From assembly GCA_025350245.1 (NCBI GenBank), contig JANXYG010000125.1:90-64089 (forward strand): a stretch of 64,000 nucleotides of DNA. The letters are read 5' to 3'. The stretch comes from Betaproteobacteria bacterium. Lineage in GTDB: Bacteria > Pseudomonadota > Gammaproteobacteria > Burkholderiales > Ga0077523. Of this stretch, positions 60,025-64,000 are shown piece by piece. Position 1 is the stretch's first letter. Each line of letters opens with the position of its first letter. The translations under genes were made by a program, and so were the position numbers. A model generated the notes under the pieces. That model had not been told where the DNA came from and ran no database searches. It saw nothing but the letters and a program-made list of their open reading frames with translations.

Positions 60025-61000
60025 CGGGATAGAGCCAGCACGACACCTCGCTGCCATCGGCCGGTGTCGGTTGCGGACGCTCGCGCAGGCAGCGATCGAG
60101 ACGACGTTCGCAGCGCGGATGAAACGCGCACCCGCCCGGGATGGCATCGAGCCGCGGCATCGCGCCGTCGATCTGCGTCAGCCGTGTCGCCAGCGAGCCT
60201 CGCTTCGGGATCGCGCCCATGAGCCCGGTGGTGTAGGGATGGCGAGGCCGCTGAATCACATCGCGTACCAGACCGATCTCGGCCACCCGCCCGGCGTACA
60301 ACACGGCAACGCGGTCGGCCATGGCGGCGATCACGCCCATGTCGTGGGTGATCAGCATGACGCCCATGCCGCGATCGCGCACCAGGCGCGCCAGCAGCTC
60401 GATGATCTGCGCCTGCGTCGACACATCCAGCGCGGTCGTGGGTTCGTCGGCGATCAGCAGTGCCGGCTCAGCGCACAGGGCCAAGGCAATCACGACCCGC
60501 TGCCGCATGCCGCCCGACAACTGGTGTGGGTACTGGTCGAACCGCTGCGCCGGCGCCGGGATGCCGACCTCGCGCAGCAACGCGACCGCGCGCTCGCGCG
60601 CCTCGTTGGCCGTGACCTGGAGGTGCGTGCGTATCGTCTCCGTGATCTGGGCACCGACCGTGAACAGCGGGTCGAGCGCGGTCAGCGGATCCTGGAAGAT
60701 CGCCCCGATGCGCCGGCCCCGGATCGCACGCAGTTGCGCCGCCGCCAGGTTGTCGATGCGTCCGCCCTGGAGATGAATCTCACCAGCGGCGATGCGCCCC
60801 GGCGGTTGCAGCAGCCCGAGCACCGCCATGCCGGTCAGCGACTTGCCGGCACCGGATTCGCCGACCACGCCGAGCACCTCGCCCGGTGCGATCCGCAGCG
60901 ACACATCGTCGATTGCAACCAGCACGCCGCGCCGCGTCGGAAACTCGACGCGCAGATGGCGGACGTCGAGCAGCGGTCCGGTCGCGGGCGATCCCGTCAT
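60011..61000 (-). CDS. peptide/nickel-type ABC ATP-binding protein (DppD-like)
   Basis: It has Walker A GESGAGKS, signature LSGGMRQR and a C-terminal CAFHPRC. The start is trimmed to ATG 61000 because the ORF extension is repeat DNA. Confidence 0.85.
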   Translation of the reverse strand: MTGSPATGPLLDVRHLRVEFPTRRGVLVAIDDVSLRIAPGEVLGVVGESGAGKSLTGMAVLGLLQPPGRIAAGEIHLQGGRIDNLAAAQLRAIRGRRIGAIFQDPLTALDPLFTVGAQITETIRTHLQVTANEARERAVALLREVGIPAPAQRFDQYPHQLSGGMRQRVVIALALCAEPALLIADEPTTALDVSTQAQIIELLARLVRDRGMGVMLITHDMGVIAAMADRVAVLYAGRVAEIGLVRDVIQRPRHPYTTGLMGAIPKRGSLATRLTQIDGAMPRLDAIPGGCAFHPRCERRLDRCLRERPQPTPADGSEVSCWLYPDDAS

Positions 61001-61010
61001 TGCAGTGCGC

Positions 61011-61172
61011 GCCGGGCCGCCAGCCCCCTTCGGCGAAGGCGGAGCCCAGCGTAGCCTGGGGGTGCGGAACGAAAGGACCTTCGAAGCGGAGGGGCCCCGT
61101 CCACAGGGTTCCCCGAGGAACGGGGCGCCCCCTCCTGAGGGGGAAGGCGGAGCGCAGCGCAGCCTGGGGGTG
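61011..61172. repeat. one and a half tandem copies of the ~100-nt repeat, inside the peptide ABC operon
   Basis: A partial unit lies at 61011-61065 and a full unit at 61067-61172. The full unit is about 85 percent identical by eye to 12571-12672. Confidence 0.85.
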
Positions 61173-61178
61173 GGCATC

Positions 61179-62093
61179 TCATCGCAGTCGGGGATTCAGC
61201 GCGTCGCGCAGCCAGTCGCCGAGCAGGTTCACCGACAGCGCCAGCAGGACCAGGGCGGCGCCGGGAAACAGGCTCATCCACCAGTCGCCGGAAAACAGGA
61301 AATCGTTGCCGATGCGGATCAGCGTGCCGAGTGACGGCGTCGTGACCGGCATGCCGACCCCGAGGAACGACAGGGTCGCCTCGGTGATGATGGCGGTGGC
61401 GAGATGGATGGTGCCGATCACCAGCACCGGGCCGGTGACGTTGGGCAACAGGTGCCGGAACATGATGCCGCCCGCCCCGCGCCCGATCAGTTGCGCCGCC
61501 TGCACGTATTCCTTGCGACGCTCGACCAGGGTCGAGCCGCGCACGGTGCGAGCGTACTGGACCCATCCCGAAAGACCGATCGACAGCACCAGCACCCAGA
61601 GCGCGAGTGTGGAATGCATCTCGCCGGACAATGCGACCCGCGCGATGCCATCGACCAGCAGCGCGATGAGGATCGCCGGAAACGACAATTGCACGTCGGC
61701 GACGCGCATCACGATCGCGTCCACGGCACCGCCCACATAGCCCGACACCAGCCCCACCGTGACGCCGATCACCATCGACAACAGCACCGAGGCGATGCCG
61801 ACCAGCAACGAGATGCGGGCGCCGTAGAGAATGCCCGACAGCACGTCGCGCCCCTGATCGTCGGTGCCGAGCGGATAGCTCGCCTTGCCCTCGGCCAACC
61901 ACGCCGGCGGCGATAGCGCATCGAGCAGGTCGAGCGACGCGAGATCGAAGGGATCGTGGGGCGCGAGCCAGGGCGCGAATGCCGCGGCGCCGATGCACAC
62001 GAACGCCACGATGGCAGCGACGATGGCGACCGGCGATTGGCGCAGGCTCCAGCCGAGATCCGAGTTCCAGAGGCGCGCGGCGACTTGCAGCAC
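61179..62093 (-). CDS. peptide/nickel-type ABC permease (DppC-like)
   Basis: The 304-aa product has the N-terminal LAPHDPFDL motif and the LGTDDQGRDVLSGILYGARISL region typical of DppC/OppC. It starts with GTG. Confidence 0.85.
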   Translation of the reverse strand: MLQVAARLWNSDLGWSLRQSPVAIVAAIVAFVCIGAAAFAPWLAPHDPFDLASLDLLDALSPPAWLAEGKASYPLGTDDQGRDVLSGILYGARISLLVGIASVLLSMVIGVTVGLVSGYVGGAVDAIVMRVADVQLSFPAILIALLVDGIARVALSGEMHSTLALWVLVLSIGLSGWVQYARTVRGSTLVERRKEYVQAAQLIGRGAGGIMFRHLLPNVTGPVLVIGTIHLATAIITEATLSFLGVGMPVTTPSLGTLIRIGNDFLFSGDWWMSLFPGAALVLLALSVNLLGDWLRDALNPRLR

Positions 62094-62209
62094 GCGCGAC
62101 TACGCCCCGAGGCGGATGGCGCGCGCGCCGCGCGCCACTGCACGACATCGCGCCCCGCCGCCGACCGCCGCCGGGCGGCTGGCAACCGCTGGCATCGGGA
62201 TGAGCCGCA

Positions 62210-63790
62210 TCACTTCACCGTCACCCAGCGCAGGTAGTTGAAGCTGTTGGCGAGCTGGACCACGTCGACGGTCTTGCGCAGCCCCCACGTGAGCATCTGC
62301 TGGTGCAGCGGAATGTGCCCGATGTCGTCCTGGTGCAGCTTGAAGGCCTCGGCGATCATGGCGTTGCGCCGGGTCTGGTCGACCTCGGAGGCGATCTGCC
62401 GGGTCAGCGCGTCGAGCTTGGGGTTGGAATAGGCACCGAGGTTGGACTGCCCCTGACCGCCTTCGCCGGGCGTGGCCATCAGCGCGAACAGCGCGTTGTG
62501 GCTGTCCAGGCTCGCCGGGGTCCAGCCGAACAGGTAAAACGACGCGTCGCGCTTGATCACCTTGGGAAAGAACAACGCTTTCGGCTCGGCCACCAGGTTC
62601 ACCTTGACGCCCACCTTCGCGAGCATCGATGCGACCGCCTGGCAGATCTCGGCATCGTTCACGTAGCGGTCGTTCGGGCAGTTCATGCCGACCTCGAAGC
62701 CCGCGGGATAACCGGCCTCGGCCAGCAGCTTCTTCGCGGCTTCCGCATCGTGTGGCAGGCGCTTGTTCAGTTCGGGCGCGAAGCCGCGGATCGTCGGCGC
62801 GACCATCAGGCCGCTCGGGGTCGACGCATTGCGCATGATGCGGCTGCGGATCGCCTCGATATCGATGGCCTGGTAGAAGGCCTGGCGCACGCGCCGGTCC
62901 TTGAACGGGTTGCGCCCCTTGATGTTCGAGTACAGCAACTCGTCGCGCTTCTGGTCCATGCCGAGAAAGATGGTGCGCATTTCGGGACCTTGGATGACCT
63001 TCAGGTTGGCCGCCGCCTGCACCCTCGGTACGTCCTGCAGCGGCACCGGGTTCATCATGTCGATCTCGCCGGAGATGAGCGCCGCCACCCGCGTGGCGTC
63101 GTTGGCGATCGGCGTGAACACCGCCTCGGTCACGTTGTGCTCGGCCTTGCCCCACCAGTCGGGATTGGGCACCAGCACCGTCTTGACACCGGGCTCGCGC
63201 GACTTGAGCGCGAACGGCCCGGTACCGTTGGCGTGGTTGCTGGCGTAGTTCTCGGTGCCCTTGCGCACGTCCACCGGCCGCAGCGTGTTGTTCTTCTCGC
63301 ACCACGACTTCGACAGGATGTACCAGTTGCTGATCGCCTGCGGCAGGATCGGATATGGGTCGGTGGTGATGATGTCGATGGTGGTCGCGTCGATCTTGCG
63401 GATCTCGCGAATCGGCGCGAGATACAGCTTGACGTCGGAGCCGTCGCCCCTGGCGCGCTCATACGAAAAGATCACGTCGTCGGCGGTGAACGGGCTGCCG
63501 TCGTGGAACTTCACGCCCTTGCGCAGGTTGAAGCGCCACACGGTGGGTGCCGTCTGCTTCCAGTCGGTGGCCAGCGCGGGCGCGGTCTCGAGCCCCTTGC
63601 CAAAGCCGGTGAGCCCTTCGTAGACGTTGCCCATGAAACCCAGCAGCAACGACTCGTTGAGCATGTAGGGATCCATCGACATCACGTCGCCCTGGTCGGC
63701 GAAGCGGAAGGTCGCGGCGTGCGCGCCCACGCTCGCGGCCAGCACGCACGCCGCGACAATCAACGCGCCGCGACGGATCGCCGGCTTCAA
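62210..63790 (-). CDS. family-5 (peptide/nickel) ABC substrate-binding protein
   Basis: The 526-aa product has a signal peptide (ALIVAACVLAASVGAHA). Its TTG start overlaps the upstream stop (TTGA). Confidence 0.85.
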   Translation of the reverse strand: MKPAIRRGALIVAACVLAASVGAHAATFRFADQGDVMSMDPYMLNESLLLGFMGNVYEGLTGFGKGLETAPALATDWKQTAPTVWRFNLRKGVKFHDGSPFTADDVIFSYERARGDGSDVKLYLAPIREIRKIDATTIDIITTDPYPILPQAISNWYILSKSWCEKNNTLRPVDVRKGTENYASNHANGTGPFALKSREPGVKTVLVPNPDWWGKAEHNVTEAVFTPIANDATRVAALISGEIDMMNPVPLQDVPRVQAAANLKVIQGPEMRTIFLGMDQKRDELLYSNIKGRNPFKDRRVRQAFYQAIDIEAIRSRIMRNASTPSGLMVAPTIRGFAPELNKRLPHDAEAAKKLLAEAGYPAGFEVGMNCPNDRYVNDAEICQAVASMLAKVGVKVNLVAEPKALFFPKVIKRDASFYLFGWTPASLDSHNALFALMATPGEGGQGQSNLGAYSNPKLDALTRQIASEVDQTRRNAMIAEAFKLHQDDIGHIPLHQQMLTWGLRKTVDVVQLANSFNYLRWVTVK

Positions 63791-64000
63791 GCGACACTCC
63801 GCTCGACGCGCGTGGTCGTGGCCCTGGTCGTGGCCGTGCCCCGCAACGGCATGGCGGCTTCGGCGAGCGCCGCAAGATAGCCGGCGCCCAGCGGGATGAC
63901 ATCGTCGTTGAAGTCGTAGTGCGGGTTGTGCAGCAGGCAGCCGCCCGCGCCGCCACCCTGGCCGAGAAACACGTAGGCCCCGGGCTTCACCTCGAGGAAA
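63787..64000 (-). CDS. M20-family amidohydrolase, C-terminal end only (gene runs past the window edge)
   Basis: The translation HNPHYDFNDDVIPLGAGYLAALAE resembles the C-terminus of M20D amidohydrolases/hippurate hydrolases. The gene is truncated by the window. Confidence 0.55.
   Translation of the reverse strand, partial: FLEVKPGAYVFLGQGGGAGGCLLHNPHYDFNDDVIPLGAGYLAALAEAAMPLRGTATTRATTTRVERSVA

Noticed and set aside
62100-63305. A 401-aa minus-strand ORF could be the missing DppB permease.
   Set aside because: It overlaps the substrate-binding protein gene in another frame, is Arg/Gly/Ala-rich and has no hydrophobic TM segments.

Overview
This is a 64-kb GC-rich (about two-thirds G+C by eye) proteobacterial chromosome segment. 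Gene order resembles beta-proteobacteria (Burkholderiales/Rhodocyclales-like), but taxonomy cannot be proven from here. All calls rest on family motifs read in the supplied ORF translations and on reading the DNA. No database search was run. (1) 1-24.5 kb is almost all minus strand and housekeeping: an rRNA-operon promoter/leader pointing out of the left edge, tyrS, an M23 peptidase plus anmK, erpA, a bactofilin, argC, rplM-rpsI, a degS-like protease, tatABC, a complete hisGDCBHAFIE operon directly behind murA, a BolA/IbaG protein, an ABC-2 exporter and mlaFEDCB. (2) 24.7-44.4 kb is an accessory-looking block at the conserved mla | kdsD-lpt-rpoN junction. It carries an atypical MSH/T2SS-like type IV filament machine in an 11-gene translationally coupled operon: an ExeA-like AAA+::SPOR fusion, a lipoprotein secretin, a GspB/MshN-like TPR protein, an MshE-type ATPase with a textbook c-di-GMP-binding MshEN motif, a platform protein, three unassignable assembly proteins and two paralogous pilin-like proteins. 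The operon is bracketed by a sigma-54-dependent response regulator and a multi-TM histidine kinase, and by the two halves of an ABC-2 transporter. A separate prepilin gene with a sigma-54-type promoter follows. This is the best candidate for an undescribed system in the window. (3) 44.4-64 kb holds a kefB-like antiporter, kdsD (frameshifted), kdsC, lptCAB, rpoN, ptsN, hprK and rapZ (hpf missing), then ubiX, a LonN-domain protein, mutY, tRNA-Gly(CCC), a Tim44-like protein, an EEP-fold protein and a peptide-type ABC importer lacking its first permease. A ~100-nt G5/C5-rich repeat family occurs at four or more intergenic sites, twice inside operons. No CRISPR array, transposase, integrase, prophage or rRNA gene body was seen.
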